A stretch of 63,791 nt of DNA, counting the filler, from Asterionella formosa (lineage: Eukaryota), in the NCBI GenBank assembly GCA_002256025.1. It is 16 parts of 16 records of this genome, joined end to end, with 100 filler letters (N's around TTAATTAATTAA, not from the genome) between each part and the next. Parts side by side here need not be neighbours in the genome. Positions count along the whole stretch, not along the records: positions 1 to 31,834 come from NKIB01000576.1; 15 more parts are not named here. One strand, 5' to 3'. The first letter of the stretch is position 1. Each line of letters opens with the position of its first letter. Made by a program: the position numbers and the translations under genes. Of the stretch, positions 1 to 11,497 are shown piece after piece. The notes under the pieces are model-generated. The model was not told where the DNA came from and ran no database searches. It saw only the letters and a list, made by a program, of their open reading frames with translations.

Positions 1-188
1 TAACTAGAAGTAGTAGTATTTGTTGAATATATGAGCTTATTTGTTAATCCTTGTGTGTAACTCGTTCTCCAAGTCGACACCAAAGTATACAATGAGGGTT
101 AGTCGAGTTCTCTCATTATTGAGTTCTTATACATACATGATATAACACTAACCCTATATACATCTGTATTGATGCGCAAGATCGCTCA
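1..188 (-). mobile_element. LTR (solo or 5' LTR) of a Ty3/Gypsy element, cut by the window edge
   Basis: Matches 50205-50392 with two mismatches seen. Begins with TG on the minus strand at 188. No polypurine tract next to it, unlike the 50 kb copy. Confidence 0.85.
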
Positions 189-371
189 CCAGGTACCCTG
201 GTCCCACATGTTGTGCTAAGAATAGCTAGCTACCAGGTACCAGGTACCCTGGTACCGTAGTCTACCAGTATGTAGGCCGTGGAGCCGTTTATAAAATGAA
301 ACACATTAAGAATTCAACGATTCGTTGAACCTTTTAAACATACCTCATATTGAACCATCCATCCCTCCAAG

Positions 372-891
372 ATGAAGCTATTTCCTCCTTTCTTCGCTTT
401 CCTTCTGACTATGTGTAGCTATTCGTCATCAGCTCAGACACAGCAGCGTCGTGTTCCCATGATGGGAGGGTACTCTGCTGCAGACGTGAATGATCCATCC
501 GTCACAAAAGCAGCACAGTTTGCCGTGAGTTCTGGTGCGCCCAATTCCAAATATACCTTTGCACTGATGGATGATACGTATTGGATTCGAGTCATCAAGG
601 CGGAGCAACAGGTAGGTGCTGTTTTGATTTCAATTGGACTGCTAGTTGCATGTATGCATCTGTGGACTTACTTTGTTTTTCTAGGTTGTAGCTGGAAAGA
701 ATTACAAACTCACGATTGAGATTTCGGATGAAAACAATACATGCCTTGGAGTATTCGATGTTGTAATTTACGATCGATTTGGTGACTTGAGCGTCACAAA
801 TTGGGGGAATGAACATCCTTGCGGGTTTTTCACCATTCCGAACGATAGCGTTCGTGTGCAGAGTTGTAATCCATTGGAGAGTGGGAATTAA
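372..891 (+). CDS. Secreted cystatin-family cysteine protease inhibitor; exons 372-611 and 685-891
   Basis: Hydrophobic signal peptide and N-terminal GG. Removing the GT-AG intron 612-684 gives in-frame EQQ|VVAGKNYKL, the cystatin QxVxG motif, and the frame stays open to TAA at 889-891. Confidence 0.85.
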
Positions 892-2190
892 TGGTTATGT
901 ACGCAATCAATATGTATACTAGGTAATAGTTGATATCCTTTGATTCATGTATTATATTATCTCTGTAAAGCAGATTCACTTATAAAAATAAAGCAGAATG
1001 TGTGTAGTGATTGGACACATGCTATGCAATTTTAAGAAAAACAAAACCAATTTTCCCACTGTTTTACAAACACACTTTGCTCATCCCAAAGCTCAGGGGA
1101 GAAATGTTTCATGGATCATGCGGGATCCAGATAACTTATCATTGCTGGTGCCTCACTTACTAGTTGATGCAAGCCCTTGCAAATCAAGATTCCCTACTAG
1201 TCCTGCCTCAGTCATCATAAACTGCATGAATGTGGTGAGACATACATAGCGTGGTAACTTTTTGTACTTGCATGACATTGAATATTAAAATTTTAGAATT
1301 GGTGATGACTGTAGCTAAGTTATGAATTGTGAACGAATACATTGTGTTGACTGCTCAAAGATAGTAATTCACACTTTTCTGAATGGGGGGGGGGATCCCA
1401 CACAAAAATGTGACAAGTATATCCGAAATTACTCTGTATATATAAAAACGTTCCCTGCGCCTTGGCTGATCCTTCACCCTCCATCACAGCCACTCCGCCC
1501 TTCCAGGACTTTGCTTCGAAGCGCAACAAATTGTCAGCTCATTCTTTGAAGTTTGTCTGTCTGCATGTGTGTCCTCATTTGCTTTAGCCATACATCTCAC
1601 CAACAAGGAAACTATCTGAGCCAACTGTCTACAATTACTGTTACTTTATTTGTGGTGCTGCAATGGATTGTGGAGGGACTTGGATTGACTATGTATTGTT
1701 AAAATAGAATATATATTATATATATACACAAAGAATATCCTGTAGGTGCAGCAAAACTTATAAGTAGTAAATAGGCAAGAAGGCTTGCATTAGCTAGTAT
1801 ATATCAGTGATTATATACATTTGATAGAGAATTCTTCTCTGAGGTTCATTAGTACCTTAAGAGCCGGTCGTAGCAGAGATACAGAAATTAAAAATATGTT
1901 GCTCAGCCCAATTTTTGTATCTCACACATTCGGGTGGTAGCTATGTTGCTTCCAGCAAAACATTTTTTGTTGCTCCGACATGCGTTTCTGTGTGTATCGC
2001 TGCAGATACAGCGTTAAGCAACACTAGTTTTATAAATTTAATTTATGACATGTAATTTAATTAATCAACAAAGACACTATTTTTATCTTTGATGGAACCA
2101 ACGGAAATGATTTTGGGAGGAGGTATCAATAACAATTATTATTGCTACTCATGTAATTGTGCTTTTCATCACTTGCAAATGACTTACGCT

Positions 2191-2269
2191 TGTTGCTACT
2201 GCTGCTGCTGCTACATTTGCTGCTGCTGCTACATTTGCTGCTGCTGCTACTGCTACTGCTACTGCTACT
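2191..2269. repeat. (TGC/TAC)n microsatellite-like tract
   Basis: Read directly: tgctactgctgctgctgctacatttgctgc... Confidence 0.9.
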
Positions 2270-2359
2270 TCTCATCATGGCATAATTTGATTCTTCAGAC
2301 AATGAAACTTAATCTGTACCAAAGAAACTGGATGACTAGTGTGTCTGCTTTTTCATTTC

Positions 2360-3580
2360 CAGTCCCTGCCGATATTTCATTTGTTGAGGATGGTGATTCT
2401 GAAAAGTTCCAGATTTTCATTATGACACGTGGACGAGCTCCCAAGGATAGTAAGAATAAAGAAATGCTGCAACTGCTCCCAAATATATCAAGCCAAGAAG
2501 CATGGCACATACTACCAATTGATATATAATGTCTTCGTTGATGAGAAACATCGTTGAGATGTTTCGGATCTTGGGAATACACCAACTATGTGTGAGCTGG
2601 CTGGATGCAATTAAATTTACCCATAACTCTCAAAGTTCCAATACAGAATCAACTCGAACAACTCTTGCTGGTGTAAAACATGTGAAGGAACTAATAGATG
2701 TTGTAAGTATGTACCGCGAAAAGTTAAAGGAAGCTTGGTGGGCTGAAGGAGCAAGCAAGCAATGAAGTGGTGTCACAAACATGTGATGGTAAAGAGCATC
2801 AAGAGAATGTTAGTTTTGTTGCATTTTTGAAGCCATGGATGCACTTACAAATAATTCTGTAGCTCTCATACGAACAGCTGAGGATGCACCTAATCATAAT
2901 TGGGGCAGCAATTATTTTTCTAGTTTCAGTTGGTATTACCTTTGAATCAAATTTCTTCCAGATATTGTTCATATGCTACATTAATCCTATTTTAGTCAGT
3001 TCACCTTGTCATTGCAAGATATGAGCTGGAGGCAGCCTAAACCCATTGTTGTTGACAACATCAAGAAAAGTTTGCCGAATTTGTGGAGTACCTAGTACTA
3101 CATCCAATTTCCTGACAGTTGGAAGATAAGCCCACCCAAGAAGAGCATTGGGCATTGAATCATCAAGTTCCAAACTAGTCAGAAATTCAAAACCATTAGC
3201 AAGTTCCTTCTTTTCATAATCTTTCATGATTATTCAAAGATTTTGTAAGCGGGCACAAGCAGAAAGAATAGCAACTGATTTCTTCATGCTGAAGAACAAG
3301 AATGTCCTCAGGATCACCAATCTATAGCACCAATGCATCCACGAAATAGTTGCTGCTCGCTTCTTTCAAGAAATCCACTCATCACTGCTTGTTTCTCTTT
3401 GTTTGTTACAATGAACATGACACACAACAAGTCAGGGAAGAGTGTAGTAGGACTCTACTTTCACTCCCGATAGAGGTCTGGATTCGCAGACACAACTTGA
3501 TCCAGAAGAAACAGTGGGTTGAAACAGTGGCAACAATTATTGGAAGAAGACCAAGGGTTCATGAAAGGAATCGATAGAAG
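2360..3580. mobile_element. Decayed, internally deleted PIF/Harbinger element: transposase remnant on minus, accessory gene remnant on plus
   Basis: Minus ORF 3009-3227 (LLGWAYLPTV...LGTPQIRQTFL) resembles the C-terminus of the intact transposase at 45024 (PLGWGYLPTV...PGSSVMRDVIL). AILSACARL lies just upstream (cf. ILDSCARLHN). A broken ORF MTRGRAPKDSKNKEML converges on it. Confidence 0.65.
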
Positions 3581-4625
3581 GACTCTCATGTCCTTAGTGC
3601 ACAAGTATAATTTTCAGTTAGCTAAAATGCTGTATATCAAAATTTTATTGTGAAAAAAGACAGATACTTGATAGTTATTGGTGATTGCAATCTTTCTAGT
3701 TGGTTGGATATGTAGAATTGCGAAATTGTTGGCAACCAGCAATGTTCCTGGTTCCAGTTGATGTGATTCAACCATGCTGATGCATTCACAGATTATCAAC
3801 AAATTCATGAGAAAACCATGCATCCTAAGGGCCCTAAGGGAACCAACAGGCAATTGTGATAAAATCTCTTACATCATAATTTGTTTTATGAGAAATTTTG
3901 TATTTTTTCAGCCCTAAGGAAATGAATTTCAGTACAAATTAACTTCATTTCGTCTATGTACTGTAGCTAAAATGATGTATAGTACGGATTTCAAATCTAT
4001 TACATTATCCTTATGGGATATTATTCATTTGCTTCCCCTGTCTGTCGGCCTCATGTTTGCCTTTCCTCGTCGCCTTGGTATTCGCTTACCGGTACATAAT
4101 ACTCCACTACCCGGTATTACCTGGTACTACCAGGCTACCTGGTACCTGGTACGTTGCTTGATTACCAGGTTTTTGTAGACATCGGTACCAGGGGTACCAG
4201 CATAAATACTGAGACGATGCCAGTTTTTTTTTGAATCTCATACATATACCGTTACATATGTGCGAGTCTATGTAGACTCTACGAAATGGTTTGTTGCATT
4301 GGTACCAGTAGTATAACTTTATTACACGTCTACATCAGTATCCATTTACCGGTATACTCTGAGTTCATTTCACGCAAAAGAAATGTGAATGATAAGAAGA
4401 ACAACTGCTTGACAATAATTACAGCACGATAAAGAGGAGCTGTGGAGACCTATTTGTTCTTTCGCCCCCATACAAAATACGGTAACTTAGCTTAGCTTGA
4501 ATACATCCCTGTTTCCATCTCTTGCTAGGTTGTCGCTTGTGCTTGATACCTCATCTGCCACTGTCAATAAGAAATACGTAGAATAGTATACTTAAAACTC
4601 TTTCAAGTCATCTCATTCGTTAGAC

Positions 4626-6320
4626 ATGGATGACGAGTTGGAGAAACGATTCGCTTTGCTGTTTGATGTGAACAATGGTCATGTCGACGAAGCCGGCATG
4701 GAAGCCTTGATATGCGAATATCCTCAGCTTGCTCAGAATCAATACAAGCTCGCATTTGAAGGGGATGTGCCATTACTATACGTCATGTGCTTGTTACGAG
4801 CGTCTGCTGGATTGATCAAGTTGGTCTTGGATGCCAATCCATTCAGCATTCGTCAGCTCGATCGGAATGGTTGCAGTCCCTTGCACATCGCCTGTCAAAG
4901 AGGAGCGCTCCTAGAGGTAATCAGGATCCTTGTTGAACGATTTCCGGATGCGCTGATGATAAGAAATACATACGACGCCATTCCCTTGTTCTTGGCTTGT
5001 CGACAAGCAAATTATCAAGATGTTATTGAGTACCTTGTTACGAAAAATGAGTGCACTGCTTCAGATCGAACCAAAAGGAACGAGACCCCGTTGCACTCAG
5101 CTTGCTCTGCAATTCGTGTGCACTCCGAAACTGTCAGATATTTGATCAGGTATGATCCAACTGCTTTGCAAGCTGCAGATGCTCGTGGACGATTGCCGCT
5201 TCACATGTTACTCCTGGAGAAGGTATCTGTCCCTCTAGATTTAATTGAATGGATCATTGATTTGTATCCCGATGCTCTTTCGAGAGTCAGTGACTTTGGC
5301 ATGACCCCATTACACTTAGCGTGTCAAAATCGCTCGTCATTCGAGGTGGTTCGCCATCTCTACGATCGATATCCCGAGGCCTTGTCGGCTCCCTTTGCGC
5401 CTACTCCTCTCCATATTGCCATGATGAAAAACTGTTCTCCCAATGTGATTGAGTTTCTAACCGCAAACTACAAGTTGAGAGAGTTCAATTGTGTTGGATC
5501 ACAGTATTTTCCACTTCGAGCATCATACCCTGAAACAGATATGGCTTTTCGTCAAGGTCTCAAGAGGAACAAATACATTCGAGCAGTAACTTTGGTTGAT
5601 TCAAAACTCGGAGATGCTGTTATGGCAAATTTACTGGGTATTGTGAACGAAAATTTGAATATCAGAAGCCTTTCTCTGGATGGGATCACAGTGGAAGTTG
5701 AGCCGAAACAGACCGGTGCCGCTATCGACCAAGCATTGAAAGATCTCATTTCAAAGAACAAAACGCTTACGAGTCTTTCCCTGAGGAACAATAGTATACC
5801 GATTGGTTGGATGGATTCTTTGGCATCGAGTACTTGCTTCTTGGAGACTATTGATATTACTGGGTGCAATTTTGGTCCCACCCTGGTTCCGATCTTACAG
5901 TCCATTCTTCGCGAAAATTCAACAATTCATACCTTATTGATCGGTGGCAATAACATAGGGAAAAATGCCACCATGGGTATATTCGATATGTTACGATACA
6001 ATCGTTCTATTCGAACCTTAGAATTTTGGCGTGATCCGATCGACGATGACGTATTAGAGTCAGCAGTTCACGCCTTGCAAGAATGCAATTCTACATTAAA
6101 AAAGGTCGGACTCGGCCATTGGTACCAATCGAGGCAATGCAGCCCTCGCCTGAAGTCTCTGCTGGAGTACTACTGCTCCTTGAATCAAGCGGGTCGCTCG
6201 GTTGCGCGCAACCCACAAACTACTAAACTCGAGTTTGTAAGTTTACTATCGTGCTCTGCTCACTCAGCGGTGGTCCTCAACGGATTACTACGTGATCTTC
6301 CCCATTTATGGTCACAATAA
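4626..6320 (+). CDS. Ankyrin-repeat plus RNI-like leucine-rich-repeat protein
   Basis: 564-aa ORF. Repeated (G)xTPLHxAC ankyrin motifs in the N-terminal half; LxxLxLxxNxI-type repeats (LTSLSLRNNSI, IHTLLIGGNNIG) in the C-terminal half. Confidence 0.85.
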   Translation: MDDELEKRFALLFDVNNGHVDEAGMEALICEYPQLAQNQYKLAFEGDVPLLYVMCLLRASAGLIKLVLDANPFSIRQLDRNGCSPLHIACQRGALLEVIRILVERFPDALMIRNTYDAIPLFLACRQANYQDVIEYLVTKNECTASDRTKRNETPLHSACSAIRVHSETVRYLIRYDPTALQAADARGRLPLHMLLLEKVSVPLDLIEWIIDLYPDALSRVSDFGMTPLHLACQNRSSFEVVRHLYDRYPEALSAPFAPTPLHIAMMKNCSPNVIEFLTANYKLREFNCVGSQYFPLRASYPETDMAFRQGLKRNKYIRAVTLVDSKLGDAVMANLLGIVNENLNIRSLSLDGITVEVEPKQTGAAIDQALKDLISKNKTLTSLSLRNNSIPIGWMDSLASSTCFLETIDITGCNFGPTLVPILQSILRENSTIHTLLIGGNNIGKNATMGIFDMLRYNRSIRTLEFWRDPIDDDVLESAVHALQECNSTLKKVGLGHWYQSRQCSPRLKSLLEYYCSLNQAGRSVARNPQTTKLEFVSLLSCSAHSAVVLNGLLRDLPHLWSQ

Positions 6321-7777
6321 TCTTGGGCTAAGTTTACTGTGTATAGGTATATTTTCTATTACGGTACCTTTATGAAGTTCGTCGTCTGTCGAGAAGTCAC
6401 TCTTTCGTTGGATTCGATTTAGTTTCATCTTGGAGCCAACCTAGGTCATCGAAAACAGGTTCTGGAACATCGCTCTATGTTTTAACTCGAAAGTGAAAAA
6501 CTGCACTGTAGTTGCTACTGTCCTCAAACCGGGAGACAAAAGTAATGAAATCAGATATGTAGGACTGAATCACGTAAATATGAATTCTATGGACCCTTTT
6601 GGGTTACCGGTACCTGGTACCAGGTACCAGTACCTGGTATGTAAGAATGGTGCACCGCCTTTACATAGATGCAATAAATATTGTTATGACATAGCTCTGT
6701 CCCCCCCCCCCTTTGATCCTTCCCTTGCGCTGCTGCTGGCTTACATATGGTTACTCATTCTTTATATATCCTGGTTCGCTGAGTATCATACACTTTGTCT
6801 TGCTTGTCCTCGTCGTCAAGAACAAATCGTATACCGGTATACCGTTATGATACCGTTTGGAGTATTTTGTGATAGCCTACAAAGCGAAATATTGACAACA
6901 AATCGCAGGCACTGCTGCTGTGCCACATGATTACTCTGGTGTGATTGATGCCTGCTCTGGACGATTCTCTCTTGCTTCGATGCCATTCTGCCCGCAGCGG
7001 GACATATTCAGTCATTTCTATTTTGGCATCGTGACTCCTCTATGGCACAGTCATACATACAATAAATATTCTTAAGAAACTTCATGCTTCATCATAAAGC
7101 AAAGCAATAAATCTTGTGCCTAAGAATTCTAAGAAACATGTTAATCATGCATTACATCATCATATCTTTTGAATAGAGCGACCACAGGTAGATGGTACTA
7201 ACTGGTACCAGGTGCCGTACCTGCTGGCATGATGTACGGAGCACAATTGGTACATATTGATTTGACTGCCGCCTTATGGGGGTGCTGGCTAAAATTATCT
7301 TTCGGCTCTGGCTTTCAATTTGCTCATTCCAATTTTTGCTTACCTTAGTATTACCATAGCATTGGTCATTGACATTCCCAGGGTAATTTATTGGATGTCA
7401 TGACTAGCCTCTATATGTATCAAGATTGCTTCCTCTGATATACAATTATTGAATTCACAAAAATCCTTTAAGACATGGAATGTCGCAGTGACTTTTTGAG
7501 TTATAATGACTATTGTCAGACATTGTGACTTCACATACACTATGTACTGCAGGTAGATCAAAATTACAGCGTTTTTCGAACCTGTCCTGTAAATTCTGTA
7601 AGGCTAAACGTACTAATCTTTGATCAATTTCCTAAACACCAAACAAGATCGACAATCAAGAATATTACTTAGTTTCGCATGCCCGAGGTTCATAAGTATT
7701 TATTAATCCGTGATATCGCATTCTGCAGAAAGGAGGAAGTCATGATGTCCTAAAAGGATTCGCATTTACAGAGTACG

Positions 7778-7893
7778 AGGGGGGGGGGGGGCGGGGGGGA
7801 GTGTTGGCTTTTGTGGCCCGTGTATTGCCATTAAAAANNNNNNNCCACCCCCACCCCCCCCCCCCCACCCCCCCCCCCCCCCCCCCCCCCCCC
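7778..7893. other. Poly-G/poly-C runs around a short N gap, probably low-quality assembly
   Basis: Homopolymers flank nnnnnnnn, and GCCATTAAAAA is duplicated across the gap. Confidence 0.6.
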
Positions 7894-8076
7894 GGTACTG
7901 TTGGCATTTGATGACCCTGTAATGCCATTAAAAAAAGCCAATAATGGAGCAACAAATGTTGTTGAATTTGAGACGATACCTCTACAGAAGTATCTAATTA
8001 TGCATCGGTTAATTCTGTACTTCGTGGGAGAAAAAACAACGAACGTCGTGAATGTATTTGTCAATTTCCTGGTCCT

Positions 8077-8793
8077 CTAGATCATTTGGTTCTTCATCTG
8101 AGCCATATAGGACTTGAGCATTGACCTTGACTGCTCCAAACCGACAGTGAGAGTGCTTGTTGAGCCACTTAAAAACCGGTCGGCTTTTGAAAAGTTCTGA
8201 GCTTCGACTGCGGCGAGTTTATTTTTGGTCTCTGCGATCTGTCGTTGGCGGATGATTTCGTTTCTTGTCAACTCAGATCGACGCATCGAGAGGGCGAGAT
8301 GCTGCAAGGCGAGTTTGTACTGGTCTTCGAGTCCTGCAAGCTCTGGAGCAGCTAGCAGAAGGGGCGAAGAGCGTGTAGAGCGTACCGTGCTGGTAGACAT
8401 GGGTGATTCCATGTGACGGTGATCAATGCTTCGTCGACGTTTCGGCTTGGGAGGAGGAGAAACCGACCTTCCTGCCTTCCCTCTGCTCTTGGAGGGGGTA
8501 TCCTTATTTGCGGACGGAAACTCAATCTTGACAGTCTCTGAAAGATCATCAAAGGCGTTGCCAGAGTTGATATCGAGCAAACCTGAGAAGTCATCCTCAA
8601 TATCAATGCCGTCCATCATGAGGAAATCATCGCTCATTGAACCGCAGAACTTGTGGTCGAGCGCAGTTTCGTTGTCCTTCTTGATGGCAACCTGGTTATT
8701 TTCCTCGTCATCGTTGAATAATCTTTCTTCCCAGATGTCATCGGAGTACTTGAAAGAGAAATTTGAAATGCGGGAAGAAGTAGAAAGATCCAT
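8077..8793 (-). CDS. Hypothetical protein: acidic N-terminus, basic NLS-like stretch, C-terminal helix or coiled coil
   Basis: Long ORF with first ATG at 8793 (MDLSTSS), PKPKRRRS, and coding-like composition. Confidence 0.65.
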   Translation of the reverse strand: MDLSTSSRISNFSFKYSDDIWEERLFNDDEENNQVAIKKDNETALDHKFCGSMSDDFLMMDGIDIEDDFSGLLDINSGNAFDDLSETVKIEFPSANKDTPSKSRGKAGRSVSPPPKPKRRRSIDHRHMESPMSTSTVRSTRSSPLLLAAPELAGLEDQYKLALQHLALSMRRSELTRNEIIRQRQIAETKNKLAAVEAQNFSKADRFLSGSTSTLTVGLEQSRSMLKSYMAQMKNQMI

Positions 8794-11425
8794 CGTGAAA
8801 CTGGGAATTGATAGTTGTGTCAAGAAGCTTATTCTCAAATTTGTAAGCAAGTTGGAGCCGCGTTTATTTATTATCACAATGCCTTATGCACTCAGGACTT
8901 GTGAGGAGGAGTACATAGGATTGTACAGGGCGTACCTATATTCTTGGTTGAAGGATATTTTTATGTATGTACCGACGAAGAACAAACTATTGGCTAACAC
9001 TTGCTCCCATCTGGTAAATTTTACGATGCGCCCGGACATGATAGGATGTAAAATTGGTACTCGGAGTACCAGGTACTTAGTAGGTATTACGGTCCGTATG
9101 TAGCGCAGAAGTGCTACCGGTAGTCGTATAACAATTGTGAAAATCAAATGCCGGTATGCCACCAAGGTACTCCAGGAGTACCTGGAAGCCGCACGGTAAT
9201 AGAGAAATAAAACGTGTTTTTCCGAACCTTTCTATGGTACCTGGCACCGGTACCAGGTACCAAAATTACCAAATTACCGGTACCTGGTACCTTGTACCAG
9301 TAGTCCACAATATCCCTGCACTGCCATGATGTGCGTGCTACTTGTATTGTGATATATGAATACCGGTGGGAATTCATCCAGGTAACAAGTCTGCCACCGT
9401 CTAAAAAGGGATGATTGGATTCTTGGCTAATCATATCAATTTCTACGTAATATCGACAAAAGGGCAATTCAAAATGGATATTTATTGATCCGCCATCTGA
9501 AAGTTGAAAAGAAAGGTATACAAATGGAATAAATTATGTCGCGTGGGTAGAAATGAATCGCCAAGGAAAACAATAAATGATTTCGCTTTCTGGGAATGTC
9601 TTGTTACATAATGCATAAGTGCTTGAATCCCGAAGGGAAACAATAAATGATTCTCTTTCACCTCCTGTAGCTGGCGTAATGCTGTTTACTTAAACTTATT
9701 TTTAAAAATCAGCGGTACATTCTGTGTTTCGTTGGGACATTCTTGTGTTCCCATGCAGTCTTCCTCTTCTTGTTGTCTCATACTTATTCAGCATGAATTT
9801 GCTCCTTTCTCTACATGGAAATATTCTTACATATGTAGGCCATCAAGCACAAACATATTTAACTGTACCCTTGTACCAGGTACCAGGTACCTGGTACCAG
9901 GAACAGGAAACAGGAGAGGACTACCGGTATAATCAGCACCCAGTACTTTTAATCTAGAACGAAGGATAGGTGCATTTTCACTATCGCCAGAAAAGCCCAA
10001 TTTAGGTGTAGACTTCAGGAAATTGCACCTGAAATTTGCTGACATTTCCTTACATTTCCTGAAAGACATAGTCATTTCCTGAAAGTCATAGTCATATGCT
10101 GTGTGTTCTCTCGTTTTTGCCATACTAAGAAGAACTACGCTATTTATTTCGCGGAATCGTGCTTTAAATAGAAGACGTTCTTTATATAACATTAAATGAT
10201 TACCTGTCCAGCTTCATGTCGTCCGTTTCAGGAATATGACAACGACTTGCAGGAAGGCCCGGTAGCGCACTTATTCAGTTTTGACTCACTCCCAGTAACA
10301 CCTCCCATGCCTACCAGACGAGATAGGCTGGCTTTCCATTCCACACTCTCTTAAGTAACTGTCTATAATGTTACCTTATCATTCATTAAATCCAAATTGT
10401 GTTCTGATCATTGAAATCGTGTTCACCTACTACAATTAGCAACAGGAAGATGATTTGCTTAGAAGGTCCACCAATCAGTAACTTCTAGTCGTTGTCAGCA
10501 ATTTCTAGTCACATGTAGTTGCCAACTAGATCAGTGATCGTAAACTAAAGAGTCATTTTGAAAATGTGAATGAACTATTAATCAAATTATTTAAATAGAG
10601 AATCAAACAAAATTTGGATCGCCGCCCTACAGATCACTTAGTATAGAGTGTTGCATACTGTCAAAGTGTCAAATCTGTTTGCATCGCCATCGTTCTGTAT
10701 TGTACATCAACAAATTTCATGAAAAATGCGCCATAGGCGACGACTTCTCTTTTCGTTGTCGATATTAGCGTTATGATAATTATTCTTCTACTATCGTAAT
10801 GCCTATGTCATGCTTAATACATGTATCTATCCTATCTAATGGCAAACATGGAAGGAAAGAAACGATAGCTTGGACAAGGAGAAAAATCATAACCATCGTG
10901 CATTCGGAATATAATGCCAAGATAATTCAGGTGTATGCCCAAAAAGGGGAGACATGCACTTGGTATCACTATTTATTTGCGACAGCACTACCACAAATGC
11001 TGACTGCGAGGCTGTCCAATAAGAAAAGATTCTTAGAGTTGGCAGCGTACTGCATTCTAGATCAATCTAAAGAGTTTGCAAAAACTGAACAAAGATCACT
11101 ACATGAGTACTTCGCCCCTACTACTCCAGCAGAAAGCCTACAGAACATCACAGAACCAAGACGAACGCCCCAAGGCACTACAACACAACCAAAAATTTCT
11201 TCAGGGACATTACGCGCACATCGTTCCAAAAACAACATGCACTACTATCTACCAGCGTCAAAACAAATTATTTTACATACTTCCATATGAAGGGAGCGAA
11301 TGAGCACCATTATCCACCACTCCATCGCCTTAAATGGTCCATGGAGCGCAATGAAGACGCACCTAGCTAGAAATAGACCAGTAATAATGCGCTATTAAAT
11401 AATTAATATATATTTACTACAGTAA

Positions 11426-11497
11426 ACGGAAATGGCTCAGTTGGTTGAGCACGTTGCCTTTGATTTGAAATTGTGTGGTTCGATTCCCGCATTTTTT
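11426..11497 (+). pseudogene. tRNA-derived sequence (tRNA pseudogene or SINE head)
   Basis: A box TGGCTCAGTTGG at 11433-11444 with D-stem GCTC/GAGC, B box GGTTCGATTCC at 11477-11487, then T6. The anticodon and acceptor stems do not pair properly. Confidence 0.7.

Noticed and set aside
2089..2529. Cys-rich ORF resembling a metallothionein
   Set aside because: The Cys/Tyr run is a translated TGC/TAC microsatellite.
6493..6930. ORFs sharing VPGT(R/W)Y peptides here and at about 9.2, 9.9, 36.0 and 58.8 kb
   Set aside because: Translation of the GGTACC motif clusters, not a protein family.
7740..8064. Poly-Gly ORFs and possible G-quadruplex
   Set aside because: Homopolymers around an N gap with duplicated flanks; sequence unreliable.
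8426..9103. 225-aa plus-strand ORF
   Set aside because: Largely the antisense shadow of the 8077-8793 gene.
11426..11497. Functional tRNA gene
   Set aside because: Anticodon and acceptor stems do not pair; kept only as tRNA-derived.
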